DNA of 45,352 nucleotides from an uncultured Gemmatimonadota bacterium (GTDB lineage Bacteria; Blakebacterota; Blakebacteria; Blakebacterales; Blakebacteraceae): NCBI GenBank assembly GCA_964576115.1, contig CAZNUA010000029.1, positions 1 to 45,352 of the forward strand, read 5' to 3'. Shown piece by piece: positions 1 to 9,693 of this stretch (position 1 is its first letter; each line of letters starts with the position of its first letter). The notes under the pieces were generated by a model. It saw only the letters and a program-made list of their open reading frames with translations, ran no database searches and was not told where the DNA came from. The position numbers and the translations under genes were made by a program.

Positions 1-1046
1 TCGCCGAAGATCCGGAAGCGGGAAAGCTGCACGGGGACCGGCACGTAGCAGAGCAGGGCACCGTCAGGGTCGAAGATCTCGAAATGCATCGTTTCGATCG
101 CGTTCGCCATGCGCTCGGGAATAGTCAGGTCATCCTCGGGCTGTGTCACGAACGTCAGAACCCAGATGCGCCCCGAGCCGTCGATGTCGATACCGTAGGA
201 GACATCGGTCAGATCCGGTTCGGGTTCGACGACTTCCTCGCCCGCGATCTCGGTGGTCACCATCCTCATGCCATGCTGGATGCGATAGGGCAGGGGCCGG
301 TCGATCCGCATGACCAGCTCACCCTGCGGCGAGTATGTGTCGATGCGGTTGTGGTTGTCGAAAGAGAGGTAGATACAATCCCGTCTATCTCGTGCGATAT
401 TACACATGTTGAGTCTGAACTCCATGAATTCATCGCCGTGCCGGTACGATTCGCCGAAGGTCAAAGTCGGATTCCCCTGGGCGTCGAGCAGGCGTGCGAC
501 CTTCATCTCAACCTCTTCCCGGCTCAAGTCGAGACCGACGATGCGGCCGTCTGAAAGCAGACGGAAGATGTGAAAGAAACTCTTGAGAATAACACCCGAC
601 CGGATCTCCCCGGCGGCCGAGAAACTGCTGAGACGGGCATTCTGCACATCGGTGAAGTAGATGTTCCCGGCCCGATCCCGATCGAGGCAGAACCCTCCTC
701 TGAATTCACCCGGACCGGAGCCATCCCGTCCGAAATCGGCAATGAAAGCACCTGCGGCATCGTACTTCCTGATCGCCGGCCGCCGGGCATCGAGGATGAA
801 GATGCTCCCGTCATCGCCGGCAACGGCATCATTCGGGCGGTAGAGCAGGTAGCGGTCGTCTTCGGTGTCGAGATGGCCGATCGTCTTCACATGCTCGATC
901 GCGATACCCGGTTCCTCCCCGTGGGCGGGAGCGAGATTGTGCACGTAACGCACTCCGTCGCGGATCTCGACGGTGAAGGTTTCACCGGAATTCGAACAGG
1001 CGGCAAGGGCGATCACTACACCGAGCCGGACAATCCGATTCGACAT
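1..1046 (-). CDS. 6-bladed beta-propeller (NHL-like) lipoprotein, 3' end runs off window
   Basis: Not in ORF track (no stop in window). Manual translation from ATG 1046 (GGGAGAG RBS upstream): MSNRIVRLGVVIALAAC (lipobox), then GSIFILD...IRKYDAAGAFIADFGRDGSGPGEF, and FEIFDPDG...SRFRIFG near position 1 in the same frame. Confidence 0.8.
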   Translation of the reverse strand, partial: MSNRIVRLGVVIALAACSNSGETFTVEIRDGVRYVHNLAPAHGEEPGIAIEHVKTIGHLDTEDDRYLLYRPNDAVAGDDGSIFILDARRPAIRKYDAAGAFIADFGRDGSGPGEFRGGFCLDRDRAGNIYFTDVQNARLSSFSAAGEIRSGVILKSFFHIFRLLSDGRIVGLDLSREEVEMKVARLLDAQGNPTLTFGESYRHGDEFMEFRLNMCNIARDRRDCIYLSFDNHNRIDTYSPQGELVMRIDRPLPYRIQHGMRMVTTEIAGEEVVEPEPDLTDVSYGIDIDGSGRIWVLTFVTQPEDDLTIPERMANAIETMHFEIFDPDGALLCYVPVPVQLSRFRIFG

Positions 1047-1198
1047 GCGCAGACTCTCCCGTCTGAATACGGATCACGCGTCATACCAGCATGTGTATCT
1101 GGCGTCAGTCTGTTCCGTAAACGAACGTCAGGCCGGAAAGGTCGGTTCATTCTCTCCCGCGAAGGCGATATCTGGTAGGTGAGTCCGGAGGTCCTGCC

Positions 1199-1226
1199 TG
1201 GCAGCGGGGGCAGGATTCGAACCTGC
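1199..1226 (-). pseudogene. tRNA 3'-end remnant (T-arm + acceptor 3' strand + CCA), initiator-Met-like; possible att scar
   Basis: Minus strand reads GCAGG-TTCGAAT-CCTGC-CCCCGCT-G-CCA: perfect T-stem/loop and CCA. No complementary 5' acceptor strand and no paired anticodon stem upstream. Confidence 0.6.
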
Positions 1227-1405
1227 AACCGGTGGATCACAGAACTGTTGCCGATTATTGCTCGATGTTTCAAACCCCCAAGATGGAGGTGGTGGTGAAG
1301 ACCGCGCCGGCTATGGAGCCGGCCCAAAACGGACTCAGTGCCGGCCCGGGTTGTCGAGTTTCTCACCCTCTTTGTGGAAGATTCCGCCGACCTTTTCTCG
1401 CTGAC

Positions 1406-3820
1406 TTACTCTTCCTTCAGCACGTGCATGAGATTCACTCGTCTGACACGTAAGGCCGGCAGCGTGGCAGCGCCGGCACTCAGGCTGACGAGAAACAAAG
1501 TGATTGCTGTGTATGTCGGCGCATCCCACGCCTCAACACCGAAGAGAAATCCTGCCAATACACGGGCCACCGCGAGTGCGCCCGAGAATCCCACAGCGAT
1601 ACCGAGCAGCGCCGGCAGCGTGGTTTCACGTACCACCTCCCGAACCAGACGTCCATTCTGAGCGCCGAGGGCCGCTCTGATACTCATTTCTCGTCTCTGC
1701 TTTGAGACAAAGTGGGCGGTGGTGCCGAGTACCCCTACGCAAGCCAGCAATGCAGCGAGTACCCCAAAGAACAGAACCACCATGGTGCGGTAGCGTTCCG
1801 AACCTGTGGAATCTTTGACGAGAGATGACACGGTTCTGGCCTGACTCAGGGGCAAATCCGAATTCACTGCCCAGATGGCTCTTCGCATTAGCGGTAGTAG
1901 TTCTTCAGGAGTGTGTTCTGCTTTGACAACGATGCACATGGTTTGAGCGAAAAGAGGGCCGGCCCTGTATATCATCGATACGGGGGTTTCGGAGAGGTGC
2001 CTCTTCCGAACATTGCCGACGATTCCCACAATCTCGTAAGTCCTTCTGCTCAGTTGGAAGTGCGTTCCAAGGGGTGATCCATCCGGCCAGTACTGGCGTG
2101 CCATCTCTTCATTAATGAGCGCGCCGCGCGGCACACGTGCATCTGCTTCAGTGAGAGTGCGCCCGGCCAGGAGTGGTATCCCCATGGTTTCCAGGTAGCC
2201 CGGAAGCATGAGATGATCCTGGATGTGTGCAGTGATGTGTTCTTCGGAAGGGCTCCGTTCGATCTGGATCTGCGTTCCGGACGCTCTTCCCGGGAAAGGC
2301 AGGCGGTTCACACCGCCAACCTTCCTGACGCCGGGTATGGCCCTGATTCTATCGAGGACCTGGCCGAAAATGTCCTGGATGTTTTCCGGATTCGGCAGCA
2401 TGTGAAAGGGCACGTGTGCCCGCACAGTTACGACGGAATCTGCATTGAATCCGGGATCGACACGGGCGAGGTTCACCAGGCTCCTGGCGAAGAGTCCACT
2501 GGTGATCAGCATGAGGGTGGTCAGGGCCAGTTCCACGACGATCAAACCTCTCTGTACGTATCCCCGGTCTCGATTGCCACTCCGGCTTCCCATGCCCTGA
2601 GCTGAACGCAGAGCCTTTCTCTGTATGAGGAGTGCCGGGATTAATCCGGCCAGACACCCTGTTCCTACCCCGGATAGAATGGAAAACAGGAGCGCGCTGA
2701 AATTCACTCCCACTCCCTCCAATCGAGGGAGAGGCGGGTTCAAAGCGAGAAAGCCCGAGATACCCCACGCAGCGATAATCACTCCCAGTACGCTGCCGAG
2801 AATCCCGATGAACATACTTTCTGTCAGCACCTGCCACACGATCCGTGCTCTTCCCGCCCCCAGAGCCATTCGCGTTGCCATCTCGTGCCTTCGATCCACG
2901 GTTTCGCTCATAAACAAGGCAGCGATATTGGCGCAGGCGATGAGGAGCAGTATACCTGAAGCAACCAGCAGGAGGAGTAGAGACGAACGGTGGCCGCCGG
3001 TAATCTCTTCTTTCGGGTGCGTCAGTCGAAAGGAAAGTTCCTCGCTGGTTTCTTCTCCCCGCACGAAAGTGTCGAGTTCAGACTGAGCCTGCTCGACGGT
3101 AGCGCCCGGTTCGAGACGCCCCATGACCTCGAATGACCAGCCCGCTTCAAGTCCGTCGAATCCGATGGGAATCCAGAGAGCCCTGATTCCCGTATCCAGG
3201 GTCGGATTGAGACGATTGAAAGCCGTGCTCCATACCCGGAAGCCGGGAGGCATGACACCAATAACCTCGAAAGGCTCTTGGTCCAGGGTGATAGTCTTTC
3301 CCAGGATATCGGGATCAGAACCGAACCGGGAGATCCAGAGCGAATGACTGAGGACCGCTACTCTGGCTGCACCAGGTCCCTCTTCTCCATGCTGAAAAGT
3401 ACGACCTATGAAGGGATGAGCACCCAGCATGGGGAACAGAGATGAGCTGACCTCTCCTGCTTCCAGCCTCTCAGGTGTTTCCAGACCCGAGAGAATCATC
3501 GTCCGGTTCTTATTCGCCGCGATATCCCGGAAGGCGTGGGTGTTCTCTCGAAGGGCGAGAAACTCGGGCCAGGTGAGGCCGATCGTGTCCCAGAGCTTCC
3601 CCAAGACTTCATTGCTCTGCCATTGAGGAAATGTTTTCCAGATGGTCACCAGTTCACCCGGTTGCTCATAGGGCATTTTCCTGAGAAGCACCCCGTCCAC
3701 CAGGCTGAACATAATGGTGACGGCTCCAATGCCTAATCCCAGTGTGCCTGCCGCGATTACGGCAAACAGTGGTCTGGAACGGAAGGTTCGAAGGGTGTAT
3801 CGAATGTTTAAAGCGGTCAT
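1406..3820 (-). CDS. ADOP-type duplicated MacB/FtsX ABC permease (no N-terminal prefix domain)
   Basis: 804 aa; TLGLGIGAVTIMFSLVDGVLL, LLLIACANIAAL, RRHEMATRMALGAGRARI, second FtsX repeat RREMSIRAALGA, C-terminal VLKEE. Confidence 0.9.
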   Translation of the reverse strand: MTALNIRYTLRTFRSRPLFAVIAAGTLGLGIGAVTIMFSLVDGVLLRKMPYEQPGELVTIWKTFPQWQSNEVLGKLWDTIGLTWPEFLALRENTHAFRDIAANKNRTMILSGLETPERLEAGEVSSSLFPMLGAHPFIGRTFQHGEEGPGAARVAVLSHSLWISRFGSDPDILGKTITLDQEPFEVIGVMPPGFRVWSTAFNRLNPTLDTGIRALWIPIGFDGLEAGWSFEVMGRLEPGATVEQAQSELDTFVRGEETSEELSFRLTHPKEEITGGHRSSLLLLLVASGILLLIACANIAALFMSETVDRRHEMATRMALGAGRARIVWQVLTESMFIGILGSVLGVIIAAWGISGFLALNPPLPRLEGVGVNFSALLFSILSGVGTGCLAGLIPALLIQRKALRSAQGMGSRSGNRDRGYVQRGLIVVELALTTLMLITSGLFARSLVNLARVDPGFNADSVVTVRAHVPFHMLPNPENIQDIFGQVLDRIRAIPGVRKVGGVNRLPFPGRASGTQIQIERSPSEEHITAHIQDHLMLPGYLETMGIPLLAGRTLTEADARVPRGALINEEMARQYWPDGSPLGTHFQLSRRTYEIVGIVGNVRKRHLSETPVSMIYRAGPLFAQTMCIVVKAEHTPEELLPLMRRAIWAVNSDLPLSQARTVSSLVKDSTGSERYRTMVVLFFGVLAALLACVGVLGTTAHFVSKQRREMSIRAALGAQNGRLVREVVRETTLPALLGIAVGFSGALAVARVLAGFLFGVEAWDAPTYTAITLFLVSLSAGAATLPALRVRRVNLMHVLKEE

Positions 3821-4104
3821 TTCACGTGGTTTCCTTACGGATGGAATGTCACGAATACAGTGATTTGATGCTCTTTTCGGCAGGAAGGTTTATCAGCGTC
3901 ATCTTCATTGAATATTCCGGGTGATGGGTCTCATGAACAACCGATCTTCGGTTGGGACCAGCCGGCCGCCTCCGGAACCGACTGCCGTGGCCGAGTCTTC
4001 CTGAACGCACTGATTTCCTCACAGCGCGAGATATGCTCGGGTATCCAGAAAATCGGCGATGACGGCGAAATCCAGCTCTATATCTTAAATAATGTTGCTA
4101 TAAC

Positions 4105-4132
4105 TTGGTAATAATATATAGTTACCTATACT
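4105..4132 (+). promoter_or_regulatory. Putative sigma70 promoter of abiE operon overlapped by an inverted repeat
   Basis: TTGGTA(4105-4110)-N16-TATACT(4127-4132); GGTAA(4107-4111)/TTACC(4122-4126) inverted repeat in AT-rich stretch. Confidence 0.45.
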
Positions 4133-4150
4133 ATGAAACAGGAGAATATC

Positions 4151-4747
4151 ATGGATCGAAAACATAGAATACTGGAACTTGTACAACAGATGGGTCTCGT
4201 TCGACCACGGGATGTCGAGTCGGAGGGTATCCCGAGAGAATATCTCTATCGTCTATGGCGGGAGGGAGAACTGGAAAGGGTAGCGCGCGGGCTCTATGCC
4301 CTGCCTGGTAGCCAGAACAATGAATCAATCCTGCTGGCGGAGGTTTCAAAGAGGACTCCCGGTGCAGTCATCTGCCTGCTCTCTGCCCTCCAGTACCATC
4401 ATCTGACGACGCAGATTGCTCATCGAGTATGGATTGCTATTGAGAATAAACGCTGGGAACCGCAGTATGAATACCCCCCCCTGGAGATAATCCGTATGAC
4501 CGGTCACTCGTATACCTTCGGGATCGATGACTATGAGGTGAATCGTGTACCGGTCAGGATCTACCGTCCGTCGAAAACGGTTGCAGATTGCTTCAAATTC
4601 AGGAACAGAGTCGGGCTTGATGTCGCTCTGGAAGCTCTTCGCGAGGTACTGAGAAATCAGGCGGCGACGATGGATGAACTTTGGGAAGCAGCGAAAGTAT
4701 GCCGGGTGTCAAATGTCATGCGACCCTATCTGGAAGCAATTGTGTGA
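4151..4747 (+). CDS. Type IV TA system AbiEi-family antitoxin / transcriptional regulator
   Basis: GGAG RBS then ATG 4151; wHTH with LERVARGLY, ICLLSALQYHHLTTQ, KTVADCFKFRNRVGLDVALEAL, VMRPYLEA. Confidence 0.9.
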   Translation: MDRKHRILELVQQMGLVRPRDVESEGIPREYLYRLWREGELERVARGLYALPGSQNNESILLAEVSKRTPGAVICLLSALQYHHLTTQIAHRVWIAIENKRWEPQYEYPPLEIIRMTGHSYTFGIDDYEVNRVPVRIYRPSKTVADCFKFRNRVGLDVALEALREVLRNQAATMDELWEAAKVCRVSNVMRPYLEAIV

Positions 4748-5361
4748 ACAACAAAGGAAAACGGAACATCGGTCATTCCTCCTACGTCGACGATTTCATC
4801 CTGAAAGGTGCCAGCCTGTTCCTGGTCTGGACGGGCAGGCACTACCGCATGACAAGAGATGCGGATCTCCTGGGAATCCGCCCAGCGGATAGCGATCATC
4901 TCGCAGATATATTTAGACAGATCCTCGACGCTCCGGTCCCTCGGTTAATGGCCTATACCAGATATTCCATGGTGGCGGAGAAGCTGGAGGCCATCATTCG
5001 TCTCGGTATGGCAAACAGCCGGATGAAGGATTTCTTCGATGTGTGGGTTCTTTGCGGTTTATTCGATTTCGATGGCGAGACATTGCGCCATGCGTGTCAG
5101 GATACGTTCAATCGACGTAGAAACCGGTTGCCGGCAGAGATGCCGATCGCATTCACGTATGAATTTTTCCAAGACGAACAGAAGCGCATGCAGTGGCAGG
5201 CCTTTATACGAAAGGCAAAACCGGACAATGTATCTGAAGACTTGGAGTCGATTGTGAATGATATTTCAGGATTCTGTAAGCCCATTATCGAAGCAATACA
5301 GCGTGAGGCGTCCTTCCATCGGGTATGGTCCGATGGAGGACCGTGGAGGAAAAGCACCTAA
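4744..5361 (+). pseudogene. AbiEii/AbiGii nucleotidyltransferase toxin, apparently internally deleted (205 aa)
   Basis: GTG overlaps antitoxin stop (GTGA). Has FILKGA, TRDADLLG, VAEKLEA and NSRMKDFFD motifs but lacks the ERxLYRL helix and the central DIGFGD segment. Confidence 0.75.
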
Positions 5362-6218
5362 ATCAGCGTCGCCTCCGAAAGGGTGGCGTGCATCACCGTC
5401 ACAGCCTCGCCGCCCAGGACCACCCGGTCGCCGTCCAGGCGCACCCGCACGATCCCGCCGCGTTCGGAGACCTGATGGCCGACCAGCTCGGTCCTGCCGA
5501 GCTTTTCGGCCCAGTAGGGGGCCAGCGTGCAGTGGGCGGCGCCGGTAACCGGATCCTCGTCGATTCCCAGGGCGGGGGCGAAGAAGCGGCTGACGAAGTC
5601 GATCTCGGGATAGTTACCCTCTGCGGCATCAGCCTCGGCAGCGGCACCGGAAGCACCGCTCCCGGCTTCATCGGCTGCCGCCGTGACGATCACCCCTCCG
5701 CCGGTGATGGCCGAAAGCCAGGTGCAGTCGGGTTTGAGGTTTCGCACGGTGTCGGCCGAAGCGAGTTCGACCAGAAGGCAGCACCGGGAACGGCCGATGA
5801 ACTCGGGGGTCACCCCCTGGGCTTCGACCAGGTCGGGAGCGACTGCGGTTACGACCGCCGGATCGGCGGGGAAGTTCATCTCGATCAGCTCGCCGGCCCG
5901 GCGGGCGGTCAGCTGGCCGCTGCGGGTGTGGAAACGGGCTTCGGCATCGGGGGGGACCAGGCCCTTTTCCCAGAGCACGTGGGCGCTGGCCAGGGTGGCG
6001 TGACCGCACAGATCCACTTCGACCGTCGGGGTGAACCAGCGCAGATCGAAACCGTCCTCGCGCTCGAGCAGGAAAGCGGTCTCGGAGAGGTTCATCTCCC
6101 GGGCAAAGAGCTGCATCCATTCATCGGCGCGGGGCTCGGGCAGCAGGCAGACCGCGGCGGGATTGCCGGTGAAGGGACGGGAGGTGAAGGCGTCTACCAC
6201 GGTCAGAGAGAGAGCCAT
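5358..6218 (-). CDS. PhzF family (diaminopimelate-epimerase fold) isomerase
   Basis: VDAFTSRPFTGNPAAV, EMNLSETAF, LRWFTPTVEVDLCGHATLA, EDPVTGAAHC. Confidence 0.92.
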   Translation of the reverse strand: MALSLTVVDAFTSRPFTGNPAAVCLLPEPRADEWMQLFAREMNLSETAFLLEREDGFDLRWFTPTVEVDLCGHATLASAHVLWEKGLVPPDAEARFHTRSGQLTARRAGELIEMNFPADPAVVTAVAPDLVEAQGVTPEFIGRSRCCLLVELASADTVRNLKPDCTWLSAITGGGVIVTAAADEAGSGASGAAAEADAAEGNYPEIDFVSRFFAPALGIDEDPVTGAAHCTLAPYWAEKLGRTELVGHQVSERGGIVRVRLDGDRVVLGGEAVTVMHATLSEATLI

Positions 6219-6228
6219 GATTCTCCGC

Positions 6229-7476
6229 CTACATCCCGAACTTCTCGATCAGCTCCTTCTTGCCCAGGCCGAGGATTCCATGCTTCTCGCCCACCGTGCG
6301 GAAAGCCTCGCCGGCCTTGTCGAGGTGGTGGGTCTCGTGGGCGGCCGAGATCTGGGTCCGGATCCGGGCCTGGCCCTGCGGCACCACGGGGAAGAAGAAG
6401 CCGACCGCGTAGATGCCCTCGGCGTAAAGGTCTGTGGCCATGTCCTGGGCCAGCTTGGCGTTGTAGAGCATGACCGGCACGATCGGGCTTTCTCCGGCCT
6501 TGATGTCGAGACCGATGTCGGTCAGCAGCTGCCGCCAGTATATCGTGTTGGCCTCGAGCTTGTCGCGGCGCTCGGTCGAGGAGGTGATCATGTCCATGAC
6601 CTTCAGGGCGCCCGAGACGATGACCGGGGCGACGGTGTTCGAAAAGAGGTAGGGTCGGGCCCGCTGCCGGCACATCTCGACCAGTTCGCGGCGGCCGCTC
6701 ACACAACCTCCCGAGGCGCCTCCCAGAGCTTTGCCGAGGGTGGTGGTGATGATGTCGATCTTGCCCACCACGCCGCAGTGCTCGTGTACCCCGCGCCCCG
6801 TCTTGCCGATGAATCCCGAGGCATGGGAGTCATCGACGAAGACCAGGGCGTCGTACTTCTCGGCCAGGGCGACGATCTCGTCGAGTTTGGCCAGATCGCC
6901 GTCCATCGAGAAGACGCCGTCGGTGATGATCATGCGGTAACGCTTGTCCTGATGCTCGGAGAGTTTGCGCTCCAGGTGGCCCATGTCGGAGTGCTTGTAG
7001 GAATCGTTCATGGCGCGGCACAGGCGCATGCCGTCGATGATCGAGGCGTGCACCAGCCGGTCGGCGATCATGACGTCCTCTTCGCCCAACACGGCTTCGA
7101 AAACACCGGCGTTGGCATCCATGCAGGAGGGGAAGAGCAGGGTGTCCTCGGTCCCCAGAAACTCGGTCAGCTTGTTCTCGAGTTCGCGGTGAATGTCCTG
7201 GGTGCCGCAAATGAAGCGCACGCTCGACATGCCGTAGCCGCGGTGATCAAGCCCGGCTCGGGCGGCCTCGATCACCTCGGGGTGACCGGAAAGGCCGAGG
7301 TAGTTGTTGGCGCACATGTTGATGACCGTCTTGAGCTCGGAGCCGGTGGGAAATTCGACCTCGATCTCGGCATCCTGCACGTCGTGGATGAAACGTTCAT
7401 CCTTGAACAGCCCGGCTTCCCGGATGCCGTTCAGCTCGTCCTGATACGCTTTACGGGCAGTGTCGCTGTAAGCCAC
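6229..7476 (-). CDS. kbl: Glycine C-acetyltransferase (2-amino-3-ketobutyrate CoA ligase)-like PLP alpha-oxoamine synthase
   Basis: CANNYLGL, GYGMSSVRFICGTQ, HASIIDG, TDGVFSMDG, DDSHASG, TTLGKALGGASGG (PLP Lys), RPYLFSN, ARIRTQISAAH; AAGGAGG RBS before GTG. Confidence 0.88.
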   Translation of the reverse strand: MAYSDTARKAYQDELNGIREAGLFKDERFIHDVQDAEIEVEFPTGSELKTVINMCANNYLGLSGHPEVIEAARAGLDHRGYGMSSVRFICGTQDIHRELENKLTEFLGTEDTLLFPSCMDANAGVFEAVLGEEDVMIADRLVHASIIDGMRLCRAMNDSYKHSDMGHLERKLSEHQDKRYRMIITDGVFSMDGDLAKLDEIVALAEKYDALVFVDDSHASGFIGKTGRGVHEHCGVVGKIDIITTTLGKALGGASGGCVSGRRELVEMCRQRARPYLFSNTVAPVIVSGALKVMDMITSSTERRDKLEANTIYWRQLLTDIGLDIKAGESPIVPVMLYNAKLAQDMATDLYAEGIYAVGFFFPVVPQGQARIRTQISAAHETHHLDKAGEAFRTVGEKHGILGLGKKELIEKFGM

Positions 7477-7602
7477 TGCGTCCTCCTTGGCTGGTTGTAT
7501 GCGCCGGTGGCGCCGGCACGAGCACGGGGCCGGGAACGATACCGCGGCCGGATCCGAAGCCGCAGGCTGAACCGTTCCTCGAACCGCTGCCGATACCGCT
7601 TC

Positions 7603-7854
7603 TCAGGCGTTGCGGAAACGCTCGACCAGTTCGGCGATCAAGACCACCGTGTCGAAGGCCTCGGGCGAGGCGTCGGCGTCGGGGATCTGGATGTCGAACT
7701 TGTTCTCGAGGAACCGCTTGAGCGAGACCATCGAGAAGGAATCGACGATGCCGCCGGAGATGAGCGGGGTGTTCTCGTCCACTTCGCGATCGTCTTCTTC
7801 TTCGATGTACTCGTCATAGACGTAATCGAGGATCATCTGCTTGAGTTCGTCCAT
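7603..7854 (-). CDS. Acyl carrier protein (stand-alone phosphopantetheine carrier)
   Basis: 83 aa, very acidic; TPLISGGIVDSFSMVSL with Ppant Ser in DSF. Confidence 0.9.
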   Translation of the reverse strand: MDELKQMILDYVYDEYIEEEDDREVDENTPLISGGIVDSFSMVSLKRFLENKFDIQIPDADASPEAFDTVVLIAELVERFRNA

Positions 7855-7941
7855 GGAACGTTTCTCGTCCTTTCGGTGTCCGGTGCGGCCGGTCTCGCTC
7901 CCGGGCGGGCCGGCCGGTGGTCTGTTCTGCTCGCCCGGCTC

Positions 7942-9645
7942 TCAGCCGTCGTCCTCGAGCGAGGAAGTGTCGCCGATCGGTTCGCCCCATTCCTGGGCTC
8001 GCAGGAGCCGCCGCATGATCTTACCGCTCCGCGTCTTGGGAAGCGAGTCCACGAATTCGATCTCCTGCGGCATGGCCAGGGGGCTGAGCCGCTTGCGGAT
8101 GAAGTTCATGATCTCGAGATCGAGATCCTTGCTCGGCTCGAAGCCGGGTTTGAGCGTCACGAAGGCCTTGACGACTTCCATGTTGACCGGGTCGGGCTTG
8201 CCCACCGCGGCCGACTCGGCCACCGCTTCGTGCTCGAGCAGGGCAGATTCGATCTCGAAGGGTCCAACCAGGTGACCGCCGGTGTTGATCACATCGTCGT
8301 CCCGGCCCTGGAACCAGTAATAGCCGTCGGCGTCGATGCTGGACCGATCGCCGCAGATGTACCAGCCGTTCCTGAACTTGCTGTCATAAATGGCCGGATT
8401 CTTCCAGTAGGAGCGGAACATCGAGGGCCAACCGGGTTTGAGAGCGATGATCCCGACCGAACCGGGCTCAGTAACCGGTTCCCATGTCTCGGGATCGAGG
8501 ACCGTAGCCTCGATGCCGGGGAAGGGTTTGCCCATCGAACCGGGCTTGATCTCCATACCGGGGTAGTTGGTGATGACCATGCAGCCGGTTTCGGTCTGCC
8601 AGTAGGTGTCGTGGAAAGGCAGGCCGTAGGCTTCACGCGACCAGTGTACGGCCTCGGCATTGAGCGGCTCTCCTACACTGCAGAGATGACGCAGAGAACT
8701 CAGGTCGAAGTTCTGAACGACCTCGATCCCCTCCTTCATGAGCAGGCGGATGGCGGTCGGGGCCGAGTACCAGACCGTGACCTTGTACTTCTCGATGAAG
8801 CGGTACCAGCGTTCGGTGTTGAAACCGGAGTCGAGCACGGCCTGGGTGATGCCGTTGGCCCAGGGGCCGATGATGCCGTAAGAGGTGCCGGTGACCCAGC
8901 CCGGGTCGGCGTTGCACCAGTAGATGTCGTCCTCACGCAGATCGAGGACCCACCTGGCGGTCAGGTACTGTGAGATGAGCGAGTAATGCACGTGCTGGGC
9001 GCCCTTGGGCTGCCCTGTTGTTCCCGAGGTGTAGTGCAGCACCGAGGGGGTTTCGGCGGTCGAAGGGTAGACCTCGAACTCTTCGACCCTTTCGAGCGAG
9101 TCGAGATCGAAGACCTGCTCGCGTTCGCGCAGTTTGTCCTCGTCGCCGTCCACGATCAGGATGTGGCGCAGGGCGGGGAGCTTGTCGCGGATCTTGCGCA
9201 CCTTGGCGACGTGTTTCTTCTGGGTGAAGATGACCGCCGTCTCGGCGTTCTCAACCCGCTGGAACAGACTCTCCTCGCCGAAGGCGCTGAAGAGTGGCTG
9301 GGCCACGGCGCCCATTTTGAGAATGCCGAGAAAACCGAGATAGAGTTCGGGAACCCGGTCGAGGAAAAGACAGACCCGCTCACCCGGCTCCACGCCCAGA
9401 TCCTGCAGGTACTTCGCGATGGTGTTGGTCAATAGGCGCAGATCGTCGAAGGTGTAGCTCCGCTCGACTCCCTGGGCGTTCTCCCACAGAAAGGCGGTCT
9501 TGTCGGCCTTGCCCCGCTCGCAGATGCGATCAGTGCAATACCAGCCGATGTTGAGAGGATCGCCCTCGGTGTATCCGAGTTCGGCCTCAGACAGTGACCA
9601 GTCGAACGATTCCTGTCGCTCGTCGTACGAGCCGATGTTGGACAT
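7942..9645 (-). CDS. acsA: Acetate-CoA ligase-like AMP-forming enzyme (Bacillus AcsA type)
   Basis: 567 aa; YTSGTTGQPKG, DPGWVTG, SVGEPLN, DTYWQTETG, GRDDDVINTGGH, LPKTRSGKIMRR. Confidence 0.85.
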   Translation of the reverse strand: MSNIGSYDERQESFDWSLSEAELGYTEGDPLNIGWYCTDRICERGKADKTAFLWENAQGVERSYTFDDLRLLTNTIAKYLQDLGVEPGERVCLFLDRVPELYLGFLGILKMGAVAQPLFSAFGEESLFQRVENAETAVIFTQKKHVAKVRKIRDKLPALRHILIVDGDEDKLREREQVFDLDSLERVEEFEVYPSTAETPSVLHYTSGTTGQPKGAQHVHYSLISQYLTARWVLDLREDDIYWCNADPGWVTGTSYGIIGPWANGITQAVLDSGFNTERWYRFIEKYKVTVWYSAPTAIRLLMKEGIEVVQNFDLSSLRHLCSVGEPLNAEAVHWSREAYGLPFHDTYWQTETGCMVITNYPGMEIKPGSMGKPFPGIEATVLDPETWEPVTEPGSVGIIALKPGWPSMFRSYWKNPAIYDSKFRNGWYICGDRSSIDADGYYWFQGRDDDVINTGGHLVGPFEIESALLEHEAVAESAAVGKPDPVNMEVVKAFVTLKPGFEPSKDLDLEIMNFIRKRLSPLAMPQEIEFVDSLPKTRSGKIMRRLLRAQEWGEPIGDTSSLEDDG

Positions 9646-9693
9646 GCTGCTTTCTCCTTTGGTCGCCTCAGCGATTCTCTCTTGCTTTCACTC

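Noticed and set aside
1199-1280. Intact tRNA (His/fMet) or tmRNA
   Set aside because: No 5' acceptor complement; the stem around the CTGTGAT loop does not pair
5358-6218. Phenazine biosynthesis cluster
   Set aside because: No phzA/B/D/E/G; stand-alone PhzF-like proteins are widespread
6031-8973. 980-aa plus-strand ORF
   Set aside because: Antisense shadow of kbl/ACP/acs in high-GC DNA; no recognisable motifs
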